Positions 38,672-49,464 of a stretch of DNA of 59,785 bases are shown piece by piece. The notes below the pieces were generated by a model that saw nothing but the letters and a program-made list of their open reading frames with translations, did no database searches and had not been told where the DNA came from. This DNA is from Candidatus Bathyarchaeota archaeon (GTDB lineage: Archaea; Thermoproteota; Bathyarchaeia; Bathyarchaeales; Bathycorpusculaceae): contig CAWGZR010000002.1 of the NCBI GenBank assembly GCA_963827165.1, positions 1 through 59,785 on the forward strand, given 5' to 3'. The stretch's first letter is position 1, and every line of letters starts with the position of its first letter. Position numbers and translations under genes: made by a program.

Positions 38672-41555
38672 TTACTCGATGTAGATTGCTGGTTGATTAG
38701 GCATCGCCATTGCTGCTCGATGCTTGGGGTCATAGAGTTCCATATCGGTTTCGCAATAGATTGACACTGCAGCTTTGAAGCGTTCTTGAAGGAAGCCCAC
38801 TGCCCCATCCAAGATTTCCTTTTCAGCTAAACCGTTGATCTTGAGCATGTTAGCTTTCCTCTCAGTAGGCAGCTTAGTTAGCGCCTTAATCATTCTTGGC
38901 ACTAAACCGGCAATGTCTTTCATGTGAGGTTTTAATTCTTTGTCAGATGCAAACTCCTTCATTAAATCATTCATTTTTGCTTCGCCAAGCAAGCTTTTGT
39001 CTACGATTTTGAGGTAAACCTGCATTTTCCAAGTAGTCGCAATGTAGAAACATATGCGTTTGGGCGTTATTTTGGTGGCTTTCAGTATGTTGGTTGTATC
39101 TTCGATAATGTCGATTATGAGGTTTTCCTGCTCTTCGGCGGCGACGTCGATTTTTTCTTCGTCACATTCGGGCCATTTTGCTACGCTGACAAAGCAGGTT
39201 TCCCCTGTTTTACTCCAAAGTTCCTCACAGATGAAAGGGGCAAAAGGGGCAAGCATTTTAACCCAAACCTTGACCGCTTCCGCTAACTCCATAGCCTCAG
39301 CCCTACCTTTCCTCTGTACATACCAGCGGATGTCATTCCAAGTTTCAAAAAGGGCAACCTGGAGAGCAGTGCGGGTTTTAAGTTCCTCAAGGCTTGCTGA
39401 GACTTCTTTGATTCTTCTTTGAAGCTTACTTTGCAGCCAACGCTCCATCACTGTGCCTTCTTTATGCTGACCTGAAGCAATTATTGCCGTTGCGAACCCA
39501 TTGAGAGCTTCAAACTTGGTTTTGAGGTCACTTACGTTTTCTGCCCGCCAATCAGGATCATCCATGCCTTCAGCGCCTAAAAGCAGGGCACATCGGGTTG
39601 CATCCGCGCCATATTTTTCCGTAGCGCCTTTCATCGTAATAAAATTACCTTTGCTCTTATGCATCTGTTTGCCCTCAACCATCAGCATGCCGTTTACGCC
39701 CATCGCTTTAGGCCAATGTTGGGGAGGAAAAAGGGCTGCATGGTGGAATATACAGAAAGTCAAATGGTTTGGCACTAGCTCTTTTGGCTGAGTTCCTCAA
39801 ATCAAACGGGTACCAGTAGAGGAATTCGCTTCGCATCGAATCAAGCAAAGAAGCGTTTATCCCGACTTCAGCTTCAAGCTGGGATGCTGTGCCGTTTCCA
39901 TAGAAAATGTAGTCAAAAACATTGGGGGTCAGAGATTGTGGTTTGATGTTGTTTTGTTTTATATGTTTGTTAATGGTGTAGAACGCCATGTAAACTGTGC
40001 TATCACTCAGGGTTTCAATTATCCAACCTTTGCCCCATGGGAGCGGTGTTCCGAACCCTGTTGTTCTGGCGCATGCCCATTCTCTTAGCCAATCAATAAC
40101 CGTGCAGAACGAGGGTTTAGCTGCCTCCGGGAAGGCAGTCATTTGATCTACTACTTTCTTCGCCAGCGCTTTCCACTGGGGGTCAGAGTAGTTTAGGAAC
40201 CATTGCTCGCTCAGAATCTTAACGATGCAGGGGGTCATGCAGCGGCAAACCACCTGCTCGGGCAAATCGTACATTTTGTCGGCGACGCCAAGCTTTCGTA
40301 ATTCAGCGATCAAAACGTCTTTTGCTTCCCGGATCGTTTTCCCAGCGTAGGGTCCACAGTTATCTTTCAAAATCCCTCCGTGAAACTCTTTTTTGTAAAG
40401 TTCTTTTGTAGCTTCATCTGCTTTAGGGTCATTCTGGTCTTTAACCCCCATCTTCTGAACGATTTCAACCGCTGGGAACTCGCCGAAGCCTTCAACCTTA
40501 ATAATTGAAATTGGCTTAATCCGCTTTACAATGGCTGGGTCGACGCCGAATTGGCAGAGAACCTCGGGTTTTTCCTGCAGGTCCTTTAGAGCAAGCCAAT
40601 CGTATGGTGCATGCGCGGGAACGCTATAGACGATGCCTGTGGCTGTTTTGGGGTTAACAAACCAGCCTGGCAAAATCGGGAATGTTTCCTTTGTGACAGG
40701 GTTTTGGAAGGTTTTGCCGATGAGTTCTTTTCCTTTAAATTGACTTTTTACTTTAACCTGTTTTTCTTGTTCTTTGAGTTTTTCTGAGGCTTCTTGGCTT
40801 ATTATCCAGTTTTCGCCGTTGACGTCTGCTTCAACGTAGTTTGAGTCGGGATTTATCCAAATGTTCGTTATACCATAAATTGTTTCAGGGCGAAAAGTTG
40901 CTGCAGGCAAATAGGTGTTGTTGTCTAACACGTATTTTATGAGAGTGTATTCTTCAGGGGTTACTCCTTCGCCTACTTGCCGGTCATGATCACCTGTTGG
41001 GCTCTGATCCTTAGGGCACCAAACCACCGGGTGCGTTCCTTGTGTAACGTAACCTTTTTCACGGAGGTTCTTGTATTGCCACTCGATGAATTTCTGAAAA
41101 GTCGGCATTACCGTAGTGAATTCACGGCGCCAATCAACACTGAAACCTATCCCTTTAGCTGCCTTACGCCCTTCGTCAGTATAGTACTGCGCCATGTAAA
41201 GTGGATCAACGAATTTTTTCAGTTCCGACTCCGGAACACCGTCGACCTCACGCAAAACCTTGACGAATGCTTCATCGCCACGCGCAACCCGCTGGCTCGC
41301 CCCCAGAAGCGGCTGACCCGTCCAATGCCAACCCCAAGGCCAAAGCACATTGTAACCCTGCATACGTTTGAAGCGTGCGTACACGTCAACCCGTGAAGCA
41401 GTAAAAGTGTGCCCAACATGCAAAGGGCCATTCATGTAAGGGAACGGAAAAGTTACCATAATCTTCTTTCTTTTCGGGTCTGGGTCAGCTTCGAAAACGT
41501 GGGCGGCTTCCCATTTGGATAGCCATTTCTGCTCGATTTCCTTGGTTTGGCTCAT
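38672..41555 (-). CDS. leuS: Leucine--tRNA ligase (archaeal type); +1 frameshift near 39783
   Basis: FPYMNGPLHVGH, GDHDR, ATFRPET, TLSDSTVY; KMSKS equivalent QMHKS in the second frame. Confidence 0.95.
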
Positions 41556-41778
41556 GAAACCTGTTGATTGAGGCGTTGGCTATTAAGAGTTTTGCTTTCA
41601 ATTTTTGCCTCATAGCTGGCTTTTTGGTACCAATCAGTAAAGGCGTGTTGCGTTAGAAAAGTGTCAAAACAATCCCAAACCGTTAACCCGCTGTTTGTTG
41701 GCTTCAAGAAAAATGGGCGGCTGACGTAAAAAACTCTTATCTACTTGTTTTTAGCTTACAGGGAAGCGGTGAAGATGT

Positions 41779-42156
41779 TTGTCAGAAGCTGAGACAAAAC
41801 TTAAGCAGGATCTCTTCGTTGAAATCAAAAACTTGGAGCAAAATCACACAGTAATCCGAAGTTTCACTTCAGGAAAAGACTACGACGCATTGGCAATAGG
41901 CGCTACACTTCAATCCTTCAAAGACAGCCTGAGCCGAGCAAGCGCGTTCGTCCTCGCCCTCTATAATCTTAAAGGTAAGCGAGTCAACATTCCTTGGGAG
42001 CCACTTTTCACAAGTTTGGATTACGCATTGGCGACCCTTGGCGTTTCTTCTTCGGCCAAACAGAAAACGGCCGTTCGGACGATTCTGGCGATGTCTGAAG
42101 AGCAAATGGAACAAGTTCTATCGTACTTCGCAGCCCTCAAAGAATCTTTAAAGTAA
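41779..42156 (+). CDS. Hypothetical helical protein
   Basis: 125-aa ORF, TTG start after GCGGTGA. Confidence 0.7.
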   Translation: MSEAETKLKQDLFVEIKNLEQNHTVIRSFTSGKDYDALAIGATLQSFKDSLSRASAFVLALYNLKGKRVNIPWEPLFTSLDYALATLGVSSSAKQKTAVRTILAMSEEQMEQVLSYFAALKESLK

Positions 42157-42259
42157 ACAAGAATTAGCCTTTTCCTTCGGGCATACCACCAATGATGAAG
42201 ATGCCCCAAACGCAGGTTGCATCAATGCCCTGCAAAGCGCTCTTGGAAGCTCATTTTAT

Positions 42260-42598
42260 TCACTTGTATTCTTCTAATAAATCATTAAGTTGAGCGAAAA
42301 GATCAAGGAACCGGTAACCTCTTTCAGTGATGACATATTTGTTAGTTTCGCTTTGAAGCAAACCTTGCGATGTTAAGGATTTGATTTGACTTTTCAGCTG
42401 TGAATAGTTCAGGTTTGCGTTGTACAAGATACTAGTTTTGCTTTTTTGTTGTTCGCAGTAAAGCAGGATTTCCGCCATGATTTCTAGTTTTCCTCTTCTT
42501 ACTCCCTTGCCGCTGCTCCAATCTCTTTGGTGTTTCAAGATTGCGAACTGGAGTTGCTGTGAGTTTAGCTTCACATTTCCCGGTAAATTGATTGGCAA
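42260..42598 (-). CDS. Winged-helix DNA-binding protein (HTH_45/DUF4364-like)
   Basis: RRGKLEIMAEIL, KTSILYNANLNY and YVITERG motifs. Confidence 0.88.
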   Translation of the reverse strand: MPINLPGNVKLNSQQLQFAILKHQRDWSSGKGVRRGKLEIMAEILLYCEQQKSKTSILYNANLNYSQLKSQIKSLTSQGLLQSETNKYVITERGYRFLDLFAQLNDLLEEYK

Positions 42599-42857
42599 GT
42601 TACTTTCCTCTTCCCTTAATTTGATTTATACATACATTTAGCACTTAAACGAATGTGATTGCGCATGGACAGCTACACCCAATCAAAAACCTCGATTGCC
42701 CCACTGACGCTTCTTAATTGAGGTTTTAACAAGAAAGGAACGTGCCTTCTCTACCGCTTGGTCTCATAGATAGCTCCAATATGCTCGAAGCAAGCACTTG
42801 TGTGAAGCTATAAGTAATTGTAGAACTTTACAACATTAGCGGATTTTAAGGAGAAAA

Positions 42858-43313
42858 TTGAATATGACAGTTTTGTCAAGACATGTAAGTGGCCAAACAT
42901 CAGTTGGGGCGGTAGAAGGTTTTTTTGACGCATTACGACGACACAACATCGATGATATGATGAGGTACTGCAACCCAAAGGGGCGGATTCGCATGGTGCC
43001 GCTTGGACGAGAAGGCGAAGGCGAAATTCAAACTGTAGGCAGAAAACTCTGGGGTAACATGATAGATGCGTTCCCGAATCTGACGAATAGCGTTGATTTT
43101 ATTTTTTCTGATTTGGATGGCCACGTATGTGCCGAGGTAATGATTTCTGGAACACAAAGCAAAGATTTTTGGGGAATCAAAAATGTAGGGCTGTCCTCTG
43201 AGATTTCACATGCTTTCCTCTTTGAAGTCGGAGAAGACGGACGGATTCAAAAAATAAGTGATTATTGGGATAGGGCAACAGAGTATAGGAAGCTTGGAAG
43301 CAGAGAGCTGTAG
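42858..43313 (+). CDS. SnoaL/NTF2-like (ester cyclase family) protein
   Basis: AFPNL, SGT, GRI...DYWD motifs. Confidence 0.85.
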   Translation: MNMTVLSRHVSGQTSVGAVEGFFDALRRHNIDDMMRYCNPKGRIRMVPLGREGEGEIQTVGRKLWGNMIDAFPNLTNSVDFIFSDLDGHVCAEVMISGTQSKDFWGIKNVGLSSEISHAFLFEVGEDGRIQKISDYWDRATEYRKLGSREL

Positions 43314-43339
43314 ACTGAGAGTTCATGTTTCCCAAAGGG

Positions 43340-43593
43340 CAACGTCGTGATAGGCGTTTAAACTATTGCTGTTGCTCCGCTGACTCCAAAATTACCCATT
43401 GTAGATTTTGCTCAGAAGTGCCTGGACGTCGCTGGGGTATTGGGTTGTCTGTGTGATGCTGTCGCCTATGCACGCAAATCGTGCTAAAGCTTGCGAGTCT
43501 TTTTGTGAACTCCTCAAAACAAAAGATAACCAACGCAGCCGATACTATCAAAATCAACACTAAAGCGGCTAATCTGGTTCTTGTCAACATCAA
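43340..43593 (-). pseudogene. Truncated, frameshifted remnant of a membrane-anchored SGNH/GDSL hydrolase
   Basis: Across three frames: TM anchor, RFACIGDSIT...YP, GNFGVSGAT; rest of domain absent. Confidence 0.7.
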
Positions 43594-43750
43594 CTTTCCC
43601 TTGAGAGTAACGATCGCCCATTATTTTGCGAAGACGGCTAAAAAATTAACTAACAAAACATCGCAAATTACGGAAACCAGATTAGGTCAAAGGGAGACTT
43701 AACACCTTAAATAATTAATCAGGGTTAGAACAGATGAGACGCGAAAAATC

Positions 43751-44176
43751 ATGCTTGAACGTTTGCTCCTTTACTCTGACGGAGGCGCAAGAGGTAACCC
43801 AGGACCCGCGGCAATAGCTTTCCTTGCTGTGACCGAGGCAGGGCAAATTATAAAGACGGATTCGCGTTTCATAGGCAAAGCAACCAACAACCAAGCAGAA
43901 TACAATGCTCTAATTGCAGCGTTGGAGTTCGCTAAAGCCTTCAAAGCAGAGGAAGTTACCTGTCACCTCGACAGCGAACTGGTAGGAAAACAACTCAAAG
44001 GCGACTACAGAGTTAAAAATTCAGAACTAAAAAAACTTTGGATAAAAGCTCAGGAACTTCAAGGCGGCTTCAAAAAAATATGTTTCATAAATGTCCCAAG
44101 AAGCAACCCCTGCATTTCTAAGGCTGACGAGCTCGTGAACAAAACTTTAGATGCAGAAGAAAGAAGGTTTTCTTAA
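43751..44176 (+). CDS. rnhA: Ribonuclease HI family protein
   Basis: DGGARGNPGPA, TNNQAEY, DSELV and ADEL motifs. Confidence 0.92.
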   Translation: MLERLLLYSDGGARGNPGPAAIAFLAVTEAGQIIKTDSRFIGKATNNQAEYNALIAALEFAKAFKAEEVTCHLDSELVGKQLKGDYRVKNSELKKLWIKAQELQGGFKKICFINVPRSNPCISKADELVNKTLDAEERRFS

Positions 44177-44225
44177 CTTAATAGTTATTACGAAGCGTGT
44201 GTAGAAAAGTTAAGGATGAAGAAAC

Positions 44226-44624
44226 ATGTTTGTTCACGCAAGTATCCGCACAAGCAACGTCGAGAGGTCAACTGATTTCTACGGGAAGTTTTTAGGGTTG
44301 AAAGTTTCAAGCCGACGTGAAATCAAAGCGACCAACTCCGAAATCGTTTTCCTTCAAGACCCAGAAGGCAAAGGATGCATACTTGAGTTAACGTTTTACC
44401 CCGACCAAAAGAAATTTACTCAGCCCGAGTATGAGGAGCGACTGTTCGACCATTTAGCGTTCACCGTCACGGACATCAACCAGACCGTGACTGCAATGAA
44501 AAAAGAAAAAGTGGTTGTTACCGATGAACCCTTCAAACTTGGGGCAGACGGACCGATAATAGCTTTTGTTGAAGACCCCGACGGAACCCTCATTGAATTG
44601 ATTCAGAGAGAGCCTAAAGATTAA
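44226..44624 (+). CDS. VOC/lactoylglutathione lyase family protein
   Basis: HASIR, LELT, HLAF and FVEDPDGTLIELI motifs. Confidence 0.9.
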   Translation: MFVHASIRTSNVERSTDFYGKFLGLKVSSRREIKATNSEIVFLQDPEGKGCILELTFYPDQKKFTQPEYEERLFDHLAFTVTDINQTVTAMKKEKVVVTDEPFKLGADGPIIAFVEDPDGTLIELIQREPKD

Positions 44625-44925
44625 TCATGATGTCGTTGCCTTGGACTTTGAGGTCGTATCTCGGTTCTCCTTTTTTGGTGGGCCCTTTAGTGAAATTTCC
44701 AGTTTTCAGGTCATAAGTTGATCCGTGGCATGGACAAACCACTGATTCGCTCTCGAGGCTTCCTTTTGATAGTAGGCAACCTCTGTGCATGCACTTATCT
44801 CCGATGGCGTAATAGTTGCCGTTTACGTTGGCAAGCAATATTTTCTCTTCGTTTACTATCAAACCCACCATGCTGTTTGGTTTAACATCGTTTGTTGAAG
44901 CTAGTTTTACAAATCCCATTGACAC
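44614..44925 (-). CDS. Rieske-type [2Fe-2S] ferredoxin
   Basis: CMH...CPCHGS motif. Confidence 0.93.
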   Translation of the reverse strand: MSMGFVKLASTNDVKPNSMVGLIVNEEKILLANVNGNYYAIGDKCMHRGCLLSKGSLESESVVCPCHGSTYDLKTGNFTKGPTKKGEPRYDLKVQGNDIMINL

Positions 44926-44958
44926 ATATATCGCCTCCTAAAAGTTGTTTTCAAAAAG

Positions 44959-45396
44959 CTATTCGTAGAATCTTGGCCTAACCTTTCGGCTGTACTCTTC
45001 AAGAGCCATAGATCTTTCTTCTTCTTCCTTGTCTTTGGCTTCAGCTTCTTTCTCTGCGGGTTGTGTGACTGATTTCTCGAAGTTTCCGTCGAAACCCTTG
45101 CATGTGCCTTCAAGAGCAACTACGTAATTTTTGAAGTCGCCGATTGTGCTTTCAGCTTGTCTATGGGAAGAGTGCACCTGTTCAGACAGCAGGAGAATTA
45201 GATCTTGAATGCTTCGAAGCGTAGGCTTGTCAGCTTCCGCTGATTGATCGTAAAAGCGTTGAAAAACACTTAGAAGATCCAAAAACATCCCATCTACTTC
45301 CCTGGTTTCTCGTTTAAGGATGTTTTCCGAAGTAAGCGATTTAGTTTTGAGCAAAACCATTAGATTCTTAAGAATAGCTGTGTCACAACTTGACAA
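44959..45396 (-). CDS. Hypothetical helical protein
   Basis: 145-aa ORF. Confidence 0.65.
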   Translation of the reverse strand: MSSCDTAILKNLMVLLKTKSLTSENILKRETREVDGMFLDLLSVFQRFYDQSAEADKPTLRSIQDLILLLSEQVHSSHRQAESTIGDFKNYVVALEGTCKGFDGNFEKSVTQPAEKEAEAKDKEEEERSMALEEYSRKVRPRFYE

Positions 45397-45537
45397 AACA
45401 AAAACCTGAAATTAACTATGCAAGGTGGATGAATTATATTTTGTGGTTAGGCTCCTTCAACCTTTTCAGTTAACCCTTGCGAATCTTTAAAAGGAAAAAA
45501 TTTGATTTTTAGATGAAACTTGTAGCCTGCAGCTCTT

Positions 45538-45735
45538 TTAGGTTGGGCTTTTTGGTTCGTCTTCGGATTTCTTTTCTTCGGTCATTAGTCTTGCTAAGCG
45601 GTAGGTTACGTAGGCTGAGAAGCTTCTAACGCCCCGTTTAATGGTATACTCGTCTTTAACTTTGAGCCATTCTTTGAAAAAATAATCGTAGACTTCTGCC
45701 TTCACAGTAATGGTTTTGTAGCCTTTCTTCGGCGT
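45538..45735 (-). CDS. Small ribbon-helix-helix-like protein, apparent ACG start
   Basis: (T/M)PKKGYKTITVKAEVYDYF...SFSAYV; GGGGCG RBS and CCTTAAAA upstream of ACG. Confidence 0.65.
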   Translation of the reverse strand, partial: TPKKGYKTITVKAEVYDYFFKEWLKVKDEYTIKRGVRSFSAYVTYRLARLMTEEKKSEDEPKSPT

Positions 45736-45857
45736 TATTCTTCGCCCCTGAAGAGAGTTATCGGACGTACTTTTAAGGTTTAAGTAAATGCCCGCTACAT
45801 GTACGGACATTTGTTTCACCATTTTAATTATATACAAGTTTAGGGTGAAATACCGAC

Positions 45858-46019
45858 ATGGAGTCGCTTCTTTTGAATGCAAACAAAAATAAACGAATCG
45901 CCGTCAGCTATGAAATTCATCAAGCCATCAAGAGAAACGCGAAAGAAGCCAACCGAACCATGACAGCATACATTGAATACTTAATAACCCAAGAAAAAGC
46001 CACTAAAGAAGTATCATAG
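45858..46019 (+). CDS. 53-aa ribbon-helix-helix-like protein (not in ORF track)
   Basis: MESLLLNANKNKRIAVSYEIHQAIKRNAKEANRTMTAYIEYLITQEKATKEVS*; GGGTGA upstream. Confidence 0.65.
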   Translation: MESLLLNANKNKRIAVSYEIHQAIKRNAKEANRTMTAYIEYLITQEKATKEVS

Positions 46020-46106
46020 CAGTCTACCCAAGCCTCGGGTATCCGAAGCCAAAGAAACTATTTTATGCTCACAAATTCGCGGCTAACCGCGAACCTCTAA
46101 GCCAGC

Positions 46107-46478
46107 TTATTTCAGCTTAGCATGTTCAGCTTTAAAGCCTGCGTTATAGGTTCTTTTTCCGCCTGCGTTGAGTACAAAGGTGACTTTTCCCTTGAAAAAA
46201 ACCCCTCTTAATCGACGCAGATCCTTTGTAATATCGGGCTCGGAGTCGTCAAACCAACACATTACGTAATGGTCCGCTGCGCCCTTTTCCGTGGAAAGAT
46301 AATCAGCGTCACCCATTAAAGTGAAGAAATCCTCAAGTTTTCCCTCCACCCCACTGCCTTCGACGCGGGAAACAGTTATTTCTTTAGCTTTAACAACAAC
46401 GAATGGGTCCACTTCGGGGCTTTCATCTCTTTCCCTAAAGATGCAGACAACAGGTTTTTTCCAAACAAACTGCGACAA
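46107..46478 (-). CDS. Hypothetical protein
   Basis: 123-aa ORF, TTG start after GAGG. Confidence 0.7.
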   Translation of the reverse strand: MSQFVWKKPVVCIFRERDESPEVDPFVVVKAKEITVSRVEGSGVEGKLEDFFTLMGDADYLSTEKGAADHYVMCWFDDSEPDITKDLRRLRGVFFKGKVTFVLNAGGKRTYNAGFKAEHAKLK

Positions 46479-46578
46479 AACCTTTTCCTCAAGTTACCCT
46501 TTCTTGCAAGTATTATATAATCGTATTGCACAGAGAGTTATCGAAAATTTAAATAGCGAACTTTCCTTCCACTTGACT

Positions 46579-47652
46579 ATGAAGACGTCTCTTAAAATAG
46601 GGTCCGCATGGGGCATCCCCATCGAACTGCACCTCACATTCATCCTCCTAATCGCGGTGGTGCTAGGACTCTCTGTCTACTACCATCAAATCTACTCGTT
46701 CATCCTGATAGTTTTCCTATTTGTCTTCGTGCTCTTCCATGAACTCGCCCACTCTATTGTTGCCAGGCGCTACAAGATCAAAGTCCGCAAAATCATCCTC
46801 TACCCAATCGGCGGAGTTTCAGAAATAGAGGAAATACCTGAAAACCCACATATAGAGTGGCGAATGGCTTTTGCGGGACCAGCCACCAGCCTGATAATGG
46901 GAGCCGCACTCATTGGCGTAAACTTCGTGTTGCCGATAAAACTGGTATTCGCCCCATCATCTGTGGTGTTTTCCACAGGGAACTTGCTTCTCGACCTCGG
47001 CTATCTCAACCTGTTGCTTGGCGCATTCAATTTGCTTCCTGCATTCCCCATGGATGGCGGACGTGTTCTTCGAGCGCTGTTGGCTGAAAGAATGAAGTTC
47101 ACCGACGCCACCAAATATGCAAGCTACATCGGCAGAGTCCTGGGAATCGGCATGGCAGTTATCGGAATACTGTTCCCGGCATACTTCCTTTGGATTGTGG
47201 TTGGCGTTTTTGTTTATGTAGGCGCCAGCGAAGAAGCAGAGCAAACTATTGTCTCCACCGCCCTAGCAAGCGTAAGGGTAAAAGATGTGATGCAGTCCGA
47301 AATCGGGTCCGTTCGCCCTGACCAAACCCTTGCGGACGCGTTCGAAGTCATGTTTCAATCCCGTTACCATGACGCGCTTGTCGAGAAGGATGGGGTTTTC
47401 CAAGGAGTCGCCACATGGACTGAGATAATCAAGATTCCTAAGGAAAAACGTGGAGACATAAAGGTTGAACAGATGCCTCTCACGAATATCTCAACTTTCC
47501 CCGATGAAGCCGTTTTCGAAGCGTACAAGTTGATGACTAAAGAAAAAATCGATTTGATGCCTGTCGTCGATAAAGCGGCGCCTACCAAGGTTGTGGGTGT
47601 TTTGACCAGTGAAGCTGTTGCCAATGCTTACGAGAAAGCCAAGAGCGGTTGA
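46579..47652 (+). CDS. Site-2 protease (M50) with tandem CBS domains
   Basis: HELAH, AFAGP and FNLLPAFPMDGGR motifs; CBS pair. Confidence 0.95.
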   Translation: MKTSLKIGSAWGIPIELHLTFILLIAVVLGLSVYYHQIYSFILIVFLFVFVLFHELAHSIVARRYKIKVRKIILYPIGGVSEIEEIPENPHIEWRMAFAGPATSLIMGAALIGVNFVLPIKLVFAPSSVVFSTGNLLLDLGYLNLLLGAFNLLPAFPMDGGRVLRALLAERMKFTDATKYASYIGRVLGIGMAVIGILFPAYFLWIVVGVFVYVGASEEAEQTIVSTALASVRVKDVMQSEIGSVRPDQTLADAFEVMFQSRYHDALVEKDGVFQGVATWTEIIKIPKEKRGDIKVEQMPLTNISTFPDEAVFEAYKLMTKEKIDLMPVVDKAAPTKVVGVLTSEAVANAYEKAKSG

Positions 47653-47756
47653 AGTCGTCTAAAAAGTATGTAATTTCTGCAATGGACAAACCCTATTATC
47701 CAAAAAATGCGGTAGGTAACTTTAGCAAACCTAACATTTACTTGAGTGGTAAAATA

Positions 47757-48320
47757 ATGGGAACAGAAATTCGAACGTTTAACTCACTAAAAGACCTTAC
47801 TGAATACTTGATGAATCAAACAGTTCAGTACAAAGCGTTGCATGAAGACTATAGCCAATGGCTCGGCACATTGCTTCGAGACTTAGAAAGCACCCATAAG
47901 AACGACGAATGGTTCCAAAAATCGGCCGCTCTCCAAAAAACCCTCAAATCCCAATCGAAAAAACCTGTGGAGTCAGCTGACAAAGGCAAGAAAGGCGGAA
48001 AAGGAAAAGAGGAAACCAGCTGTTGGGTGCAATCAGGCGACATACAAATTTCGTTCACGGAGCAGGGTCAGGCAGAAATCCTCTTCGAAGCCGTCGAGAA
48101 AATAAAGGTTAAGATTCAGGAAAACGAAAAGTTTAAATTTACTGTTCAGCAGCTTGCCCGCCTCGGGCTTGGAACAACAATCAGTTATATTGTTTACTTT
48201 GAAGAAGATGTCCCCAAAAAAATCGTGCTGAAACCCAAGGCAAACGCTAAAGGAGATGAAGCCTTCAAATTCATGGCAGAGCTCTCTGTGCCAGCATTTT
48301 ACAACTTCGCAAACCCTTAG
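47757..48320 (+). CDS. Hypothetical protein
   Basis: ORF 47649..48320; likely start MGTEIR at 47757. Confidence 0.7.
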   Translation: MGTEIRTFNSLKDLTEYLMNQTVQYKALHEDYSQWLGTLLRDLESTHKNDEWFQKSAALQKTLKSQSKKPVESADKGKKGGKGKEETSCWVQSGDIQISFTEQGQAEILFEAVEKIKVKIQENEKFKFTVQQLARLGLGTTISYIVYFEEDVPKKIVLKPKANAKGDEAFKFMAELSVPAFYNFANP

Positions 48321-48469
48321 CCCCTTTAGCTCCCCCACAAAAGTCGCAGGCGACACTGGCTACATGCAAAAGTTAAATATCGAAACACCAAAATGATGTA
48401 AAGAAGGAATAAACCGTAAACCCCCAGTACTCGGTCTCCGGAGTCATCGTTTCAGTTAATATCATTAGT

Positions 48470-48955
48470 TTGCACGCTGAAAGAGCCGGCGAGTACGCTG
48501 GAAAAGATGAACTTTTCTTTGATGTTAACGCGAAGCTGGAAGAACAGAAAAAAGGCACCAACGAAGTCCTGCTTAACTTTGAGTTGGCAATTTCCACAAA
48601 GCCAAACGTCGTCAAATACAACATTGCAGGCAACGTGAGCTTGATGGGCAAGCCAGACGATATCAAAAAGAAGTTGGAAGTTAACCCAAAAACAAAGATT
48701 CCGCAGTTGCTTTTCACAATCTACCAGCACGTCTTTAACTCGATCTACATGTTGTCGGCAAATTTGAACACGCCATACCCGCCTCCTGACCTGCTTCACC
48801 CAATGGCGGAAAAAATTCAAATAATATCCGGCCCGCCCCAGAACTCGTCTGCCCCAGAAAAAATCGAATCCGTCGTACCCCCTGCAGCTTCAGCGCAATC
48901 GCCGCAGCCTTCTGCGTCTGCACAACCAACCAAGAAGGAAGCGGCACCAAAATAA
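48470..48955 (+). CDS. Hypothetical protein, possibly SecB-like fold; true start may lie upstream
   Basis: Alternating beta strands, helix, PYPPP and P/S/A tail; frame open back to 48413. Confidence 0.7.
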   Translation: MHAERAGEYAGKDELFFDVNAKLEEQKKGTNEVLLNFELAISTKPNVVKYNIAGNVSLMGKPDDIKKKLEVNPKTKIPQLLFTIYQHVFNSIYMLSANLNTPYPPPDLLHPMAEKIQIISGPPQNSSAPEKIESVVPPAASAQSPQPSASAQPTKKEAAPK

Positions 48956-49131
48956 ACTAGATTGTCGGCTGCCGACCTGCCTCAAAATAGCCTTTTTAAA
49001 TGGTGCTGAGTTCCCAAAGGCATATTCTGTTTATGGAACATATTTCGATTTTAGGAATAGGCTGGAAATTAGAACAACCTATTAAACCGTTTTTCGCCAA
49101 CTTTGTTTCGGAGAAAGGAGAGGAAACATCT

Positions 49132-49344
49132 TTGGAGACCGCAGTAGCAACTTTGCTATTGGTAGTTGCGTCGGTGGTTCTTGCATGCTCAGTTGTAACT
49201 TATGCAGTCGCGACCATCGAGCATTCCGTGAACACCCCGAATATGCCTTGGGTAAATGACCTCAATAACACCGTGAATAAAATGATCGATCAGACCGGCA
49301 TTGGGAGCCAGGCAACGCCGCAGCTTCCGAACACTACACCGTAA
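49132..49344 (+). CDS. Small protein with pilin/FlaG-like N-terminal hydrophobic helix
   Basis: GGAGAGG RBS, TTG; METAVATLLLVVASVVLACSVVTYAV. Confidence 0.6.
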   Translation: METAVATLLLVVASVVLACSVVTYAVATIEHSVNTPNMPWVNDLNNTVNKMIDQTGIGSQATPQLPNTTP

Positions 49345-49464
49345 ACCATCATATTAGAATACAGCCTAGCCCCTTTTTTTGTTTGTGAGCCGTCCTTATT
49401 TTAAATGTGGTTTTTGAATTCATAAATCCTAAAATGGGGAAGTGGCAATTATGATTGAAGATTA

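Noticed and set aside
42160-42257. C/D box-like RNA (ATGATGA) with short hairpins
   Set aside because: No properly placed CTGA D box; short stems between convergent genes are unremarkable.
42686-42728. 12-bp inverted repeat AAAACCTCGATT/AATTGAGGTTTT
   Set aside because: Single AT-rich stem with no other support or second copy seen.
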